DNA of 64,000 nt from the sequence record OQ031493.1; one strand, written 5' to 3'. Shown here piece after piece: positions 63,998-64,000 of the stretch; the stretch's first letter is position 1, and each line of letters begins with the position of its first letter. Under the pieces are notes generated by a model. That model was not told where the DNA came from. It made no database searches and was given only the letters and a program-made list of their open reading frames with translations. The position numbers were made by a program, and so were the translations under genes.

Positions 63998-64000
63998 TTG

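Overview
This is a 64-kb, AT-rich segment of a phiKZ-like (nucleus-forming, Chimalliviridae-type) jumbo phage. It is co-linear, mostly on the minus strand, with what I recall as the phiKZ gp59-gp104 block; all gp numbers are positional or recalled, not search-verified. From right to left it carries conserved early genes, an SbcD-like nuclease, a probable SSB, non-virion RNAP subunits (gp68-, gp71/73- and gp74-like), the PicA/Imp1 position, an SF2 helicase, a virion RNAP beta' fragment, a split family-B DNA polymerase N-terminal subunit, a Kelch virion protein, baseplate-type genes, the inner-body/ejection-protein paralog array, and about 9 kb of accessory early genes ending in a hairpin-rich non-coding island. 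The most notable observations are ones the ORF track hides. (1) A start-less 126-codon NADAR-like frame lies directly behind the polymerase stop and is reachable by a -1 shift at C-CCA-AAG. (2) A start-less frame behind the gp77-like gene is reachable by a -1 shift at U-UUU-UUU, resembling tail-chaperone G/GT recoding. (3) A 307-nt ORF-less group I intron splits the nvRNAP beta HGG|KG motif. There is also an early cassette of micro membrane proteins, two orphan antitoxin-like genes (XRE-HTH and a DarG-like macrodomain), and a small gene interrupted by TGA. No tRNA, rRNA or CRISPR array was recognised. All work was done by eye, without searches.
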